Virus record (IMG/VR): IMGVR_UViG_3300010885_058378
Coordinates: 1 to 64,000 of that record
Strand: one strand, 5' to 3'
Source of the DNA: an uncultured virus (IMG/VR IMGVR_UViG_3300010885_058378)
Taxonomy: Duplodnaviria > Heunggongvirae > Uroviricota > Caudoviricetes
Length of the DNA stretch: 64,000 bases
In this document: piece after piece, positions 12,945 to 23,010 of the stretch
Position numbering within the stretch: the stretch's first letter is position 1
Layout of the letters: each line of letters begins with the position of its first letter
Program-made: the position numbers and the translations under genes
Notes under the pieces: generated by a model
What the model saw: the letters and a program-made list of their open reading frames with translations, nothing else
What the model was told of the DNA's origin: nothing
Database searches by the model: none

Positions 12945-13313
12945 ATGTTTAATTTTAGTAATCGATCATCCAGATGGACAACAGTTAGAAAAGAACATCT
13001 TAAAAAAAATAATAGTTGTTGTGGATGTGATAAAAAAGATAAGTTAGAAGTTCATCATATTGAACCAGTTCATATTGATCCAAATAGAGAATTAGATCCT
13101 TCAAATTTAATAACATTATGTAAAAGCTGTCATTTTACTATTGGCCATTTAATGGATTGGAGCAGTTGGAATATTGATGTTATTAATGATAGTAGGGTGT
13201 ATTTAAATAAGGTAAAGAATCGACCTTATCAAATAAAGGTTCAAAGCAATGAAAGCTCTAATTATTTTCATCGTTGCTTGTGTTGGATACTCAATAGCAT
13301 TAGCAGGAACTAG
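12945..13313 (+). CDS. HNH endonuclease
   Basis: CCGC...LEVHHIEP...NLITLCKSCH. Confidence 0.85.
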   Translation: MFNFSNRSSRWTTVRKEHLKKNNSCCGCDKKDKLEVHHIEPVHIDPNRELDPSNLITLCKSCHFTIGHLMDWSSWNIDVINDSRVYLNKVKNRPYQIKVQSNESSNYFHRCLCWILNSISRN

Positions 13314-13995
13314 AGATCCAAATATTAGTGATGAACACTATCTAAATTATGGATCTAAATTTAAGTGTGTTGTTGCGATATGCGGAACAGAAGACGACGA
13401 TCAGTTGTATTGTGCGTCTGCTGTTGCTATAAAACCTCACTGGATATTAACGGCCGCTCATGTTATAAAAAGGGCCAAAACTTGTACAGTAACCGTGGAT
13501 GATAAAAAAATTAATGTTTCACTATTTATTCCTCATAAAGAATTTGAGAGTAATAATTTTGGATATTATGATATTGGATTAGGTTATTGTGATGAAGATA
13601 TAGGATTAGATTTTTATCCAGAATTTTATTCAGACTCTGACGAAGTTGGCAAAATTGCCGCATTAGCCGGTTATGGTATAACTGGAACATTTACTACTGG
13701 AGCTAATATAGGGGATCGTCAGAAAAGAGGTGGATCTAATCGAATTATGGGCATTGAGAGACATCTACTGACCTGTGATTTAAAAGATGGTAATACCCCA
13801 ATGGAGTTTTTAATAGCAAGCGGAGACAGTGGCGGAGGATTATTTATTGATAAAAAATTAGCAGGAATTAACTCCTGTGTTATGACAACAGATGGACATA
13901 CTAACTCAAACTATAATGATGAAAGTGGTCATACTAGAATTAGTCAACATATAAAATGGATAGAAAGTACTATAAATGAGAATGAAAAAAAATAA
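13249..13995 (+). CDS. trypsin-like serine protease with signal peptide
   Basis: WILTAAH, YDIGL, GDSGG triad motifs; N-terminal MKALIIFIVACVGYSIALA. Confidence 0.9.
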   Translation: MKALIIFIVACVGYSIALAGTRDPNISDEHYLNYGSKFKCVVAICGTEDDDQLYCASAVAIKPHWILTAAHVIKRAKTCTVTVDDKKINVSLFIPHKEFESNNFGYYDIGLGYCDEDIGLDFYPEFYSDSDEVGKIAALAGYGITGTFTTGANIGDRQKRGGSNRIMGIERHLLTCDLKDGNTPMEFLIASGDSGGGLFIDKKLAGINSCVMTTDGHTNSNYNDESGHTRISQHIKWIESTINENEKK

Positions 13996-14902
13996 AATAG
14001 GTTTATTACCATACGTAACAGAAGAACTTCATGGACTATCATCTAGTAGTTCTCAGGAGTATGGGTGGGAACTATTGAAATTTAATATACCAGATTTATG
14101 GACTAAAACTGACGGAGATGGAGTTATTGTTGCTGTGGTCGATACAGGCTGCGATCTGGATCATCCAGACTTAAAAGATAATTTATTAGAAGGAAAAAAC
14201 TTTGTTGATATAAATCAACCGCCTCAAGATGATAATGGTCATGGAAGTCATGTATCTTCAACAATAGCGGCAATTAATAATAGTACAGGAATGGTTGGAA
14301 TAGCCCCAAGAACAAAAATAATACCAATAAAATCATTAGATGCAAATGGTACTGGGAGTATAGACAATATTGCTAAAGGAGTTATATGGGCGGCCGATCA
14401 AAATGTGAACTTTATTACAATGAGTTTAGGATCCCCCAGAGGAGTAAGTTCATTAGAGGATGCAATTAATTATGCTAATTCTAAAGGTTGCGTTGTATTC
14501 TGTGCTGCTGGCAATAGCGGAGAGAATTCAGACATAATGTATCCTGCTAAATATGAACAAACCATAAGCATCGGTGCAATAGATGAGAATCTTGATAGAA
14601 CTAGTTTTACTTGTAGTGGTGAATCATTAGACTTCTTAGCTCCTGGACATAATATTTTAGGATGTATTCCTGGAGGAAGATATGCTCTTATGAGCGGAAC
14701 TAGTATGAGCAACCCTTTTGCTGTAGGATGTGCATCGTTGCTATTAAGCTATAATAAAAAACATAAAAAGTATACTTTAAAAACTCATAATGATTACATA
14801 GAAGTTTTCAAAAGTAATTGTTTTGATCTGAAAAATCCAAGATACAAGGGTATTAAAAAATACCAAGGATATGGGGTCTTAAATCCATTACAACTATTTT
14901 AG
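13976..14902 (+). CDS. subtilisin-family (S8) protease
   Basis: VAVVDTG, HGSHV, AAGNSG, SGTSMS motifs. Confidence 0.95.
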   Translation: MRMKKNKIGLLPYVTEELHGLSSSSSQEYGWELLKFNIPDLWTKTDGDGVIVAVVDTGCDLDHPDLKDNLLEGKNFVDINQPPQDDNGHGSHVSSTIAAINNSTGMVGIAPRTKIIPIKSLDANGTGSIDNIAKGVIWAADQNVNFITMSLGSPRGVSSLEDAINYANSKGCVVFCAAGNSGENSDIMYPAKYEQTISIGAIDENLDRTSFTCSGESLDFLAPGHNILGCIPGGRYALMSGTSMSNPFAVGCASLLLSYNKKHKKYTLKTHNDYIEVFKSNCFDLKNPRYKGIKKYQGYGVLNPLQLF

Positions 14903-15250
14903 ATTTTGTCGATGTAAATAATGTAATTTATAATTTGAATTATAGTTATTATAAGATGGCTTATTAGGATTATATAGTCTGCGACGATTTTGAGGATTTT
15001 CCATCTGCATCCTTTGTCTATTCATTTCTAATTCATATTCTGATTGGTCATGATAATTATCAGATAATCTTGATCGTCTCTCGGTATCCATTAAGGATCT
15101 AGGATCAGAAAACGGAACACTAGTATTATTAGAGTAATAAAAAAAACTACTCATACTATCACTCAACATTTGATTTTCTGGATTATTCCAGTTTTGAGCA
15201 CTAATATCTGTTGAGAGTAAAATTAAAATAAAAATTGACCTATATAACAT
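14894..15250 (-). CDS. putative secreted protein
   Basis: Signal-peptide-like MLYRSIFILILLSTDISAQ; own sigma70-like promoter. Confidence 0.6.
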   Translation of the reverse strand: MLYRSIFILILLSTDISAQNWNNPENQMLSDSMSSFFYYSNNTSVPFSDPRSLMDTERRSRLSDNYHDQSEYELEMNRQRMQMENPQNRRRLYNPNKPSYNNYNSNYKLHYLHRQNLK

Positions 15251-15292
15251 TGGAAATCCAAACTTGTAAAAGGAAAGTGATCAATACCATTT

Positions 15293-15321
15293 AGTATAAT
15301 ACAAAACACGTTTGAATGCAA
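15293..15321 (-). promoter_or_regulatory. sigma70-type promoter
   Basis: Minus strand TTGCAT-17 nt-TATACT upstream of ORF starting at 15250. Confidence 0.65.
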
Positions 15322-15379
15322 GCTCTTTGATTTAAAGATTTTATAACTCACCAACCGGCTTATTATAGTATTTAGTTTT

Positions 15380-16321
15380 TTATATGATACCTGTTTTTTC
15401 TATAAAGCTATTTAATATTTTTAATTGATTTTCTAATTTTACATTATCAAAAAACCATTGTTGTGCATTGTGTGTGACGAATTGTATTTCTTCTATAGAG
15501 ATATTTTCAATTATATCTTTTATTTTATTTAAAATATAGCTTTCTTCTTTTTTATTATATATTTTATAATATATGTCATCATCAATTATTGTTTTATAGT
15601 GATAATTTTCAATTAATGGATTATGAGTTATAATATTTAATTTTTCTCTTAAACATAAATTTTTAACCCCAAAATACTCTAAGTCTCTATAACAGATTTG
15701 AGCGGCCCCATTGAGACTTAGTCCATATCTATATCCAGAGATATATTTATAGTATGTGTCTTTATCTTGATAATCATTTGAATTAGATTTATTAAGTATA
15801 TGAAAAAAATTATTTTTAGTTAGAACATTAGAATATTGTTGCCTAATTCCATATAGAAGTCCATTAAAACAACAATTATTTTTTTTATTAGTGATATCTT
15901 GATATTTTAATATTCTATTATAGTCATTATAGTTTTCTAAAATATAAAAAGAAGGATGTATAATAAAATTTTTATTTGCATGTAAATTAAATACATTTGC
16001 TGTTAAATTTGATGTAATTCCAAATGCTTTGATATTTAATTTATCTATTGCAGAGTCATGCTCTAGAATGGCTGGGGCATAGTCTGATAAATTATGTACA
16101 AAAGTTTTATTGTTATCAGTTATAATTAAACTGTATATGCTGAAAACAGAAGGCAGATTATTAATATATTCAAAAGATTCATTATGTTGTTTTGCTAAGT
16201 CTTTAATGTGAATATATGTTATATCAATTTTTTTATTGATTAAATATTCATGAAATGTTTTGTATAGTTCTCCAACATACCAATTAGACTGGTATGGGTC
16301 ATATGATATTGTTATAGTCAT
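15380..16321 (-). CDS. putative glycosyltransferase (GT-B-like C-terminus)
   Basis: YRYGLSLNG...CYRDLE motif; in glycosyltransferase operon. Confidence 0.55.
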   Translation of the reverse strand: MTITISYDPYQSNWYVGELYKTFHEYLINKKIDITYIHIKDLAKQHNESFEYINNLPSVFSIYSLIITDNNKTFVHNLSDYAPAILEHDSAIDKLNIKAFGITSNLTANVFNLHANKNFIIHPSFYILENYNDYNRILKYQDITNKKNNCCFNGLLYGIRQQYSNVLTKNNFFHILNKSNSNDYQDKDTYYKYISGYRYGLSLNGAAQICYRDLEYFGVKNLCLREKLNIITHNPLIENYHYKTIIDDDIYYKIYNKKEESYILNKIKDIIENISIEEIQFVTHNAQQWFFDNVKLENQLKILNSFIEKTGII

Positions 16322-17142
16322 ATATAAGATATCGGAATATTATTAATAGTAGAATAAAATAAAAAATTAGATATTCTATTCCACGACGTTGCAAAATATA
16401 CTCTATTAGAATTGGCTAAAATTAATATTTCTAGTAGAGACAACATTGCTCTTTCTTTTAAAATCTTTTGATCAGATATTCTTTGATTATGATATATGTG
16501 ATTTCCTTGTGTATCTTCCATTGGTATATTTATACTAAGAGTTTTAGGATTGTTTATTAATTTTTGTTTAAGAGTATAACTATTAGAGCAAATAAATACA
16601 TTATTGTTGTTATTATATATATTTATTATTTCATTTATTTTATTTTCATATAAATCAATATTATCATCACAATCATTAGGTCTTAAATAAATAGAACTAT
16701 AGTTAGAATAATTTAAGTTTTGATACATATTATGTATTTGTTTAGATAGCTTAATATTATTTTTTAGTGGTAAATTACCATATGTTAATCCTGACTGAGG
16801 GAAAATTTCAATTTGAAGATTATTAATATTATCTAAAAATAAATCCCACCAATGTAATCCTGGTTTCGATGCCCCATAGGATATATGTTTAATTTCAAAC
16901 CCATTTATATTTTCTATTGGTTTGTTTATGAATTCTATAGAATTGAATATTTTGAAATTGTCTTCATCAAAAAAATCAAAGAAATCAAAATTTTTATAGT
17001 ACATATTATTAGTAGTATTTATTTTTAAATCTACTTTATAGCCATTAGAAATAAGAATTTCTGCATTATGCAAATATTCGGATATTGCAACAATTGCATC
17101 TCCTAATCCAGAACTAAAAGAATGTTGAATAATAGCATTCAT
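16318..17142 (-). CDS. putative fucosyltransferase-like glycosyltransferase
   Basis: SGLGD, SIYLRPND, VFICSNS, EILILANS..S.F pattern of GDP-fucose-binding GT folds. Confidence 0.55.
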   Translation of the reverse strand: MNAIIQHSFSSGLGDAIVAISEYLHNAEILISNGYKVDLKINTTNNMYYKNFDFFDFFDEDNFKIFNSIEFINKPIENINGFEIKHISYGASKPGLHWWDLFLDNINNLQIEIFPQSGLTYGNLPLKNNIKLSKQIHNMYQNLNYSNYSSIYLRPNDCDDNIDLYENKINEIINIYNNNNNVFICSNSYTLKQKLINNPKTLSINIPMEDTQGNHIYHNQRISDQKILKERAMLSLLEILILANSNRVYFATSWNRISNFLFYSTINNIPISYI

Positions 17143-18041
17143 TAGTCGATTAAATTCCTATCATCTTTAAAAAGTAAACAATTATTAAATGATCCTTTTA
17201 TCATTGGAATAATAGTTGTTAAGTTTCCAGGATATCCAACAAAGTATTCAGATTCAGCAGCTAAGGACACCATTGCTAAAATTTGTTGAAGATATTGACT
17301 TTTAGACATTTGATACTTATTTATAAACTCTTCGTTTGATATCGTATATAATCTTTCATGGAAGCCACTACTATTAGATGACATAGGTATAGTATTTAAG
17401 TATTTTATTCTATTGTCATTAATTTGTTGAAAGTCTGATACCACTGTTGGATCGTCTGTTTGTAGATAAATATGTTGTATATTTGAATAATTATTTATTT
17501 CAGATAAATATGTATCTGCAGATGGTAATTGTGTTTCATTAAATTTATCTGTTTTTCTTGCCCATATAAAAGCAGTATTGTTGGATTGCATATGATTTAC
17601 GTTTTTAATGAAATCTTTTATACCTATAATAGAATTATTGTTTTCAAAATAATGATAGTATAGTTTTTGTAGAATTGGCATTACTTTTTCTAAATCTTCT
17701 TTATGAAATGTGTTCCATCCTCGTGATAGTCCATGAGAAGTTGGATGAATAGTATTCATAAAAGACTCTGCTTCTGATACTGTTAATAATTCATTGCTAT
17801 AGGACGATATGTCTTTTTTGATAAATAAGTCATCATAAAAATTATAATTATTATCATATTCAGCTAAATAAAAATCAATATTTTGAACATTATAACCTAG
17901 GCTTTTAATTTTACAGACACCAAAAATTCCAACAGTAATATTAGAAAATAAACCATATTGTCTATTTAAAATAAAAGTAGATTTATCAATATTAAAAGAT
18001 AAATTGCCTCCCCAAAGATCTAATGGAATAATATTAGACAT
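17142..18041 (-). CDS. alpha-1,6-fucosyltransferase-like (GT23/NodZ-like) protein
   Basis: FIWARKTDK (cf. VHVRRTDK), IYLQTDDP, SEYFVG motifs. Confidence 0.65.
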   Translation of the reverse strand: MSNIIPLDLWGGNLSFNIDKSTFILNRQYGLFSNITVGIFGVCKIKSLGYNVQNIDFYLAEYDNNYNFYDDLFIKKDISSYSNELLTVSEAESFMNTIHPTSHGLSRGWNTFHKEDLEKVMPILQKLYYHYFENNNSIIGIKDFIKNVNHMQSNNTAFIWARKTDKFNETQLPSADTYLSEINNYSNIQHIYLQTDDPTVVSDFQQINDNRIKYLNTIPMSSNSSGFHERLYTISNEEFINKYQMSKSQYLQQILAMVSLAAESEYFVGYPGNLTTIIPMIKGSFNNCLLFKDDRNLID

Positions 18042-18042
18042 A

Positions 18043-19332
18043 TTATAAATTTCCAGTTATTGGATCGGCCCATTCTTTACTAAGACTGTGAGGCCAAACT
18101 ATCCAACTAGATGGTTTTTTTTCTGTTTGAAACTCTCTCCAAACTTTACAATATCCATCAGGATCATTTTTCATTCTTAAAATTTCGTCTTTATCAGCAT
18201 CTTGTCTATAAAGATCATTTCCATGTTCATCTTTGAAAGCTACTGCCCAAAAATCATAGTCTTTTTCAGGAACTTGATCGTATCCTATATCAATACAGTG
18301 TTTAAAAATACTCATCAAAGATTTATTAAAATCTTCATCAGAAGCATTTTGCATAATGTCTGGAGGAGGCTTGTGATCTTGAACTTGTTTTGTTATGGCT
18401 CTTTTACCAAAACATAGTCCACTATATTTTTCATAATCTTTTAATGATCTAACAGAGCCAAATCCATATTTTCCAAAATCAATATCCCTTTTTTCTCCAT
18501 CCATTTCGAAGAGTTTTCGGTTTTTTAGATGGCAGTAGTCATTGCGCTTTGCCCACTCTTTATCATCATCCCATTGTTTAGTTCGTCCTTTTCTGGTATA
18601 TTCATGCCAGCAAACTACTTTATGAGGATGAAATATATCATATCCATGAGTATATGCTCTTACAGCAATACTAATTTCTTCACCATGAAAATAATACTCA
18701 GGATCATGCTGAACTTCTGCTGCAAATTCTCCAACAGTAAATGCAAAATGAGCACTATAAAATCGTCCAGGAAGAGGTTTATCTTTTGGATCCCAAGAAT
18801 CAAATGATGCAGGAAGAAAAAATACAGCCCCTTCTGGTATAAAACGATCAAAATTCATTTTCCATGGTTCATTAATTCTGGAACCAGGATCATTATCAGG
18901 GTCAAAGCTAGGAATATATCCTGTTAATAATGGTTTTTTATGTCCCTCCTTTTGGAGTTCCTTAATCATATTAATAAGTTCAGTATCCCAATTCTTAACA
19001 AATCTATGATGACTATCTAATTGAAGAGTATATTTTTCTCCATCATATAATTGTTGAACTGAATTTCTTGCCCAACAAACCCCCTTGCTATTTAGATAGT
19101 TAATATCTAATATTCTAAATCTTGAATCATCTTTAAATTCATCTAGCTTGTCCCACTCGTCTTTATCACAATGTTGCCAGCATATACCAATCCTAAGATT
19201 CTCAGGATGTTCAGCTTTATCTATCATGTCTTTTAAAGTCGGCAATAATTGAGGATCTCTATAAGATGCTATCTGAATAAAGATTGTGTTTTTACGATTT
19301 TTTTTAATTTTCTCTTCTTTCGCTGGCTTCAT
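18043..19332 (-). CDS. GT60-like polypeptide alpha-GlcNAc transferase
   Basis: IFIQIASYRDP, GVCWAR, LQLDSHHRF, FHGEE signature motifs of the Skp1 GlcNAc-transferase (GT60) family. Confidence 0.85.
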   Translation of the reverse strand: MKPAKEEKIKKNRKNTIFIQIASYRDPQLLPTLKDMIDKAEHPENLRIGICWQHCDKDEWDKLDEFKDDSRFRILDINYLNSKGVCWARNSVQQLYDGEKYTLQLDSHHRFVKNWDTELINMIKELQKEGHKKPLLTGYIPSFDPDNDPGSRINEPWKMNFDRFIPEGAVFFLPASFDSWDPKDKPLPGRFYSAHFAFTVGEFAAEVQHDPEYYFHGEEISIAVRAYTHGYDIFHPHKVVCWHEYTRKGRTKQWDDDKEWAKRNDYCHLKNRKLFEMDGEKRDIDFGKYGFGSVRSLKDYEKYSGLCFGKRAITKQVQDHKPPPDIMQNASDEDFNKSLMSIFKHCIDIGYDQVPEKDYDFWAVAFKDEHGNDLYRQDADKDEILRMKNDPDGYCKVWREFQTEKKPSSWIVWPHSLSKEWADPITGNL

Positions 19333-20956
19333 AAAAATGAACTCTATTATGGGTTATGGGACTACGTAATAATATTGCTGGATTAATTTTTTTCTCTTTA
19401 GTTAATGTATAAATATGACTCATCCATGTTTGTTCAAACGGATTATCCCATTTTGTATCTAAAAACAGTTTTTGATTACCTTCTTGATCTATAATATGGG
19501 GCCAATTACAATAGTAAACCTCTCCTTCTGCATATGGTGTGCCATTATAGTTTTTTATACATGTGAAATTAGTTGGTGGTTTTTTATTTATATTACCAAA
19601 GTATTTGATTCTCTTTTCAGATGGAACATTATGCCAGCTCCATTGATCGCTATTATTTCCATAAAACTCACTAAAGCTAAATTTTAAAAAATCATAGTGT
19701 TCATTATCCATAATTTTTATACAGGTATTGAAGAGATTGCTAGCATTTTTTTGAAAACCAAATAAACAGTTACCTTCATAATCTAATAACATATCATCTT
19801 CAAAAAATATCATATATTTAGAACCAGAGTCGGCAAAATGCTCTGCTGAAATTTGTCTAGAGCGACATATTCCTTTATTCCCATGCCTTATCTCTTCAAA
19901 GCTATATTTTTTAGTGATTTCATCATATTTAGCAAATAGCTCTTCTTTAGTTGTGTTGTTTAATAATACTTTTCTGGTTTTGTTTAAAAAGTTTTGGTCA
20001 TATTTTTCAAAACTATTAAGAACCATCTGCAGTTGTTCTGGGGAATTAAAAGCATTTATATATAAAATAATATCATTATTTGTGTATTTTTTTCTTTGTG
20101 GTTTGCCAATATCTTGCACCAATGTTATGTTATTTTTAACTTTTTCAAAAAAAGTAGATATTAAACCATTATCCTCTATCATTTCATATTTAAATATATC
20201 TGGTTCGAGATAGGTCATAATGGTAAAAATACTCTCCTCAGTACCCATATTACCAGATCTAAGACTATCATTTAATATAGAATAGTAGAGTTCGTTTGCT
20301 TTTGATATGTAGTCTATATGTCCACCAAAGAAACCTCCACGAGCAACTCTATTTACAGTATTGCTATTAGAAAATTCTCTCATTTTTTGAATACTAAAGC
20401 CATGAACTTCTGAGGTTGTTTCGTATGGAAAGCAGACGAATAAGAATTTATCAGTAATATTTTGTATTTTTTCAATTACTTTATCATGACTAAAGTAGCC
20501 AGGATGAACAGTATTGGTTATTCCACCATCTAACCAAAACATATATTCTGTATTAAATGGATTGGAGCATTTAGCGTTATGCAAAAGGAACATTTTGCTC
20601 ATAACCATAGGATTATAGTATTCCATTGATCCTTGAGCACTATCCTTAAGCCATCCAACTTGATTATACCATTCTGGATTATTTCTTATCTTTTGAATTT
20701 CATCAAAGAATGGGAAGAAAGACCCTTTAAATTGATCTTTAGTATGATGATATACCTTTGTATTCTCTGGTTTCCTATGCTTCCACACTAAGTGTTCGTG
20801 CTTTGGGTCTATGAATACTATTAGTGGTATGTCTAATGTATTTTTTAACAGAAGAGTGAAATTCTCTATATAATGATCGAATGTTCTATTCCAACCATCA
20901 GATAGACTATCTCTACCAAGATCCCATATGCCTGTAACGATAGTAGAGTTTATCAT
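19304..20956 (-). CDS. HtrL/YibB-like domain fused to GT-A domain
   Basis: TIVTGIWDLGR..R.FDHY, SKMFLL, FWLDGG (HtrL-like); C-terminal FFEDD; likely ATG at 20956. Confidence 0.7.
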   Translation of the reverse strand: MINSTIVTGIWDLGRDSLSDGWNRTFDHYIENFTLLLKNTLDIPLIVFIDPKHEHLVWKHRKPENTKVYHHTKDQFKGSFFPFFDEIQKIRNNPEWYNQVGWLKDSAQGSMEYYNPMVMSKMFLLHNAKCSNPFNTEYMFWLDGGITNTVHPGYFSHDKVIEKIQNITDKFLFVCFPYETTSEVHGFSIQKMREFSNSNTVNRVARGGFFGGHIDYISKANELYYSILNDSLRSGNMGTEESIFTIMTYLEPDIFKYEMIEDNGLISTFFEKVKNNITLVQDIGKPQRKKYTNNDIILYINAFNSPEQLQMVLNSFEKYDQNFLNKTRKVLLNNTTKEELFAKYDEITKKYSFEEIRHGNKGICRSRQISAEHFADSGSKYMIFFEDDMLLDYEGNCLFGFQKNASNLFNTCIKIMDNEHYDFLKFSFSEFYGNNSDQWSWHNVPSEKRIKYFGNINKKPPTNFTCIKNYNGTPYAEGEVYYCNWPHIIDQEGNQKLFLDTKWDNPFEQTWMSHIYTLTKEKKINPAILLRSPITHNRVHFYEASERREN

Positions 20957-20997
20957 AGTTAAGTATGTATTATAGTATATCCACCCGCTCTGCATAA

Positions 20998-21026
20998 TAT
21001 ATAATCATAAATCGTAGTATGGTCAA
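20998..21026 (-). promoter_or_regulatory. sigma70-like promoter for minus-strand GT operon
   Basis: Minus strand TTGACC-17 nt-TATATA. Confidence 0.5.
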
Positions 21027-21051
21027 GGCCAAAAAATCTTATCATGGTCGG

Positions 21052-21079
21052 TTGACATTCATTCCACTCGACCTATAAT
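21052..21079 (+). promoter_or_regulatory. consensus sigma70 promoter
   Basis: TTGACA-16 nt-TATAAT. Confidence 0.8.
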
Positions 21080-21101
21080 ACAATGGTATGGGTCAATTTA
21101 C

Positions 21102-21305
21102 TTGAGAGATGAAATGAGAAATTTAGACGAGGATAGTGAAAAAAGGCCAGAGAGAAGGCAGAAAGTTAAGAAACAGCACATCAAAAGGAATATGCTGGAT
21201 GATGAGCTGATTAATAAAAACAATGCCAAAAAAGAAATAAAGAAACTCAAAGAGAGTTTCGATGATGAAGAATGGGAAAATTGGGATAGATTTTACAACC
21301 ATTAA
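21102..21305 (+). CDS. small charged hypothetical protein
   Basis: ORF directly downstream of strong promoter. Confidence 0.6.
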   Translation: MRDEMRNLDEDSEKRPERRQKVKKQHIKRNMLDDELINKNNAKKEIKKLKESFDDEEWENWDRFYNH

Positions 21306-21309
21306 TTAT

Positions 21310-21561
21310 ATGAAATATTTAGAGGAAATATCTATCGGTGAATGCTTTACTCTTTCTGGTAAGTATTTTATTTTAACAGCAGACTTTAAGAGAAATGGTG
21401 ATAAATTAGCGGTATGTTTATCTGATGGATTATCAAAATGGGTCAAATCTAATGATATGATTGATCCCATTGATGTATTCACGCTAGATAAAGATAATAA
21501 TATTATAGCAATGAAAGAAAGAATAAAAAATGTTGCTAATTCGACTACAGACATTTCTTAA
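21310..21561 (+). CDS. hypothetical protein
   Basis: ORF; likely start MKYLEEI at 21310. Confidence 0.6.
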   Translation: MKYLEEISIGECFTLSGKYFILTADFKRNGDKLAVCLSDGLSKWVKSNDMIDPIDVFTLDKDNNIIAMKERIKNVANSTTDIS

Positions 21562-21784
21562 GTCTTTATTTTTCCATGTATGGCATGGTTTTCCCAAGAC
21601 CACTCAATCTGAAATTTTAGACAGATACTCTATATGTATGGATTGTTCTGATTTTAATAAAGAAAGATCAGAATGTAACATATGTGGTTGTGCTATTAGC
21701 AAGAAAAGTAAGTTTTTAAATAAACTTGCTTGGGCAGATCAAGAATGTCCGGCTGGTAAGTGGCCAAAAATAACTAGAGGGTAA
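21530..21784 (+). CDS. small Cys-rich phage protein
   Basis: R..IC..C...C..CGC...K......CP.GKW pattern common in phages. Confidence 0.7.
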   Translation: MLLIRLQTFLKSLFFHVWHGFPKTTQSEILDRYSICMDCSDFNKERSECNICGCAISKKSKFLNKLAWADQECPAGKWPKITRG

Positions 21785-21785
21785 A

Positions 21786-22358
21786 ATGGTAATTAAAACA
21801 ATAAATAAAAAAAATAGTCCTACTAATATAGTTTATTCCAATCATGATCTATTTGAAATGGTCAGAGACAGAGTAACAGCAGGAAACGAAGGAGCAACAA
21901 TATTTGTTCCCCATGTTTGTAATAATATTGATTTGTTTGGGGCGGGATTTGCTGCTCAGGTGGCTACAAAATATCCTATAGTTAAAGAAAATTATCATTT
22001 ACTTGGTAAAAGTTTTTTAAAAACTAATCTTGGATATTCCCAAATTGTTAAAGTATATGAGAATGATAAATTTAGACACAAACTATGTTTTGTTAATATG
22101 ATAGGCCAAAATGGAATTAAGAGTGGTACAAATATTAGACCATTAAATTATTTGGCGCTAGTAAAATCTATGAATTCTTTATCCCAACATATTAATACTA
22201 ATACAGGTTTCTTAAATAAGAGCGAGAAAATTGAGATCCATTGTCCTAAGTTCGGAAGCGGACTTGCTGGAGGAAATTGGGATTTCATAACAGACCTTAT
22301 AGAAGATATCTGGGGCAAGTTTTTTGTAACAGTATATAATTATCCTCCTAAAAAATAA
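21786..22358 (+). CDS. macro domain (ADP-ribose-processing) protein
   Basis: HVCN...FGAGFA and CPKFGSGLAGGNW motifs. Confidence 0.85.
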   Translation: MVIKTINKKNSPTNIVYSNHDLFEMVRDRVTAGNEGATIFVPHVCNNIDLFGAGFAAQVATKYPIVKENYHLLGKSFLKTNLGYSQIVKVYENDKFRHKLCFVNMIGQNGIKSGTNIRPLNYLALVKSMNSLSQHINTNTGFLNKSEKIEIHCPKFGSGLAGGNWDFITDLIEDIWGKFFVTVYNYPPKK

Positions 22359-22362
22359 GTTT

Positions 22363-23010
22363 ATGAAAAAGATCATTAGCTTTAGTTTATGGGGAGACAA
22401 TAAAAAATATACGTTTGGAGCTATTCGTAATGCAGAATTATTGCATCAAATATATCCAGGATGGGAAGCGTATTTTTTTCTAGGATCATCTGTTCCAGAG
22501 ACTATTTGGAAAAATCTATTATTAATTCCAAATATAACAGTATTTTATAAAGACTCTCCTGGAGATTGGAGTTCCATGTTCTGGAGATTTGAAACGTCCT
22601 ATGATCCTATGGTTGATATTTCCATATTCAGAGATGCAGATTCTAGAATTTCTATGAGAGAAAAATATGCTGTTGATGAGTGGCTATCATCAGATAAAAC
22701 TTTTCATATAATGAGAGATCATCCTCACCATGGATTTCCTATTTTAGGAGGAATGTGGGGTTATAAGAAAAATGACAAATATGATATGAGAAAATTATTA
22801 ACCTCTTTTGATAAAACGAACAGATATGGGACAGACTATGAGTTTTTTGGCAAAATTTTATATCCAATGATTGGCGAAGATAAAATAGTTCATGATCCTT
22901 TTTTTGACCAAAAACCATTCTTAACAGAACGAATAGACAGAGAGTTTGTTGGAGATGTATTTGACGAAAATGATATTAGACATCCAGAATATTATAAATA
23001 CATACCATGA
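22363..23010 (+). CDS. putative GT-A glycosyltransferase
   Basis: IISFSLWG, RDADSR, MRDHPHH, ILGGMWG. Confidence 0.65.
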   Translation: MKKIISFSLWGDNKKYTFGAIRNAELLHQIYPGWEAYFFLGSSVPETIWKNLLLIPNITVFYKDSPGDWSSMFWRFETSYDPMVDISIFRDADSRISMREKYAVDEWLSSDKTFHIMRDHPHHGFPILGGMWGYKKNDKYDMRKLLTSFDKTNRYGTDYEFFGKILYPMIGEDKIVHDPFFDQKPFLTERIDREFVGDVFDENDIRHPEYYKYIP

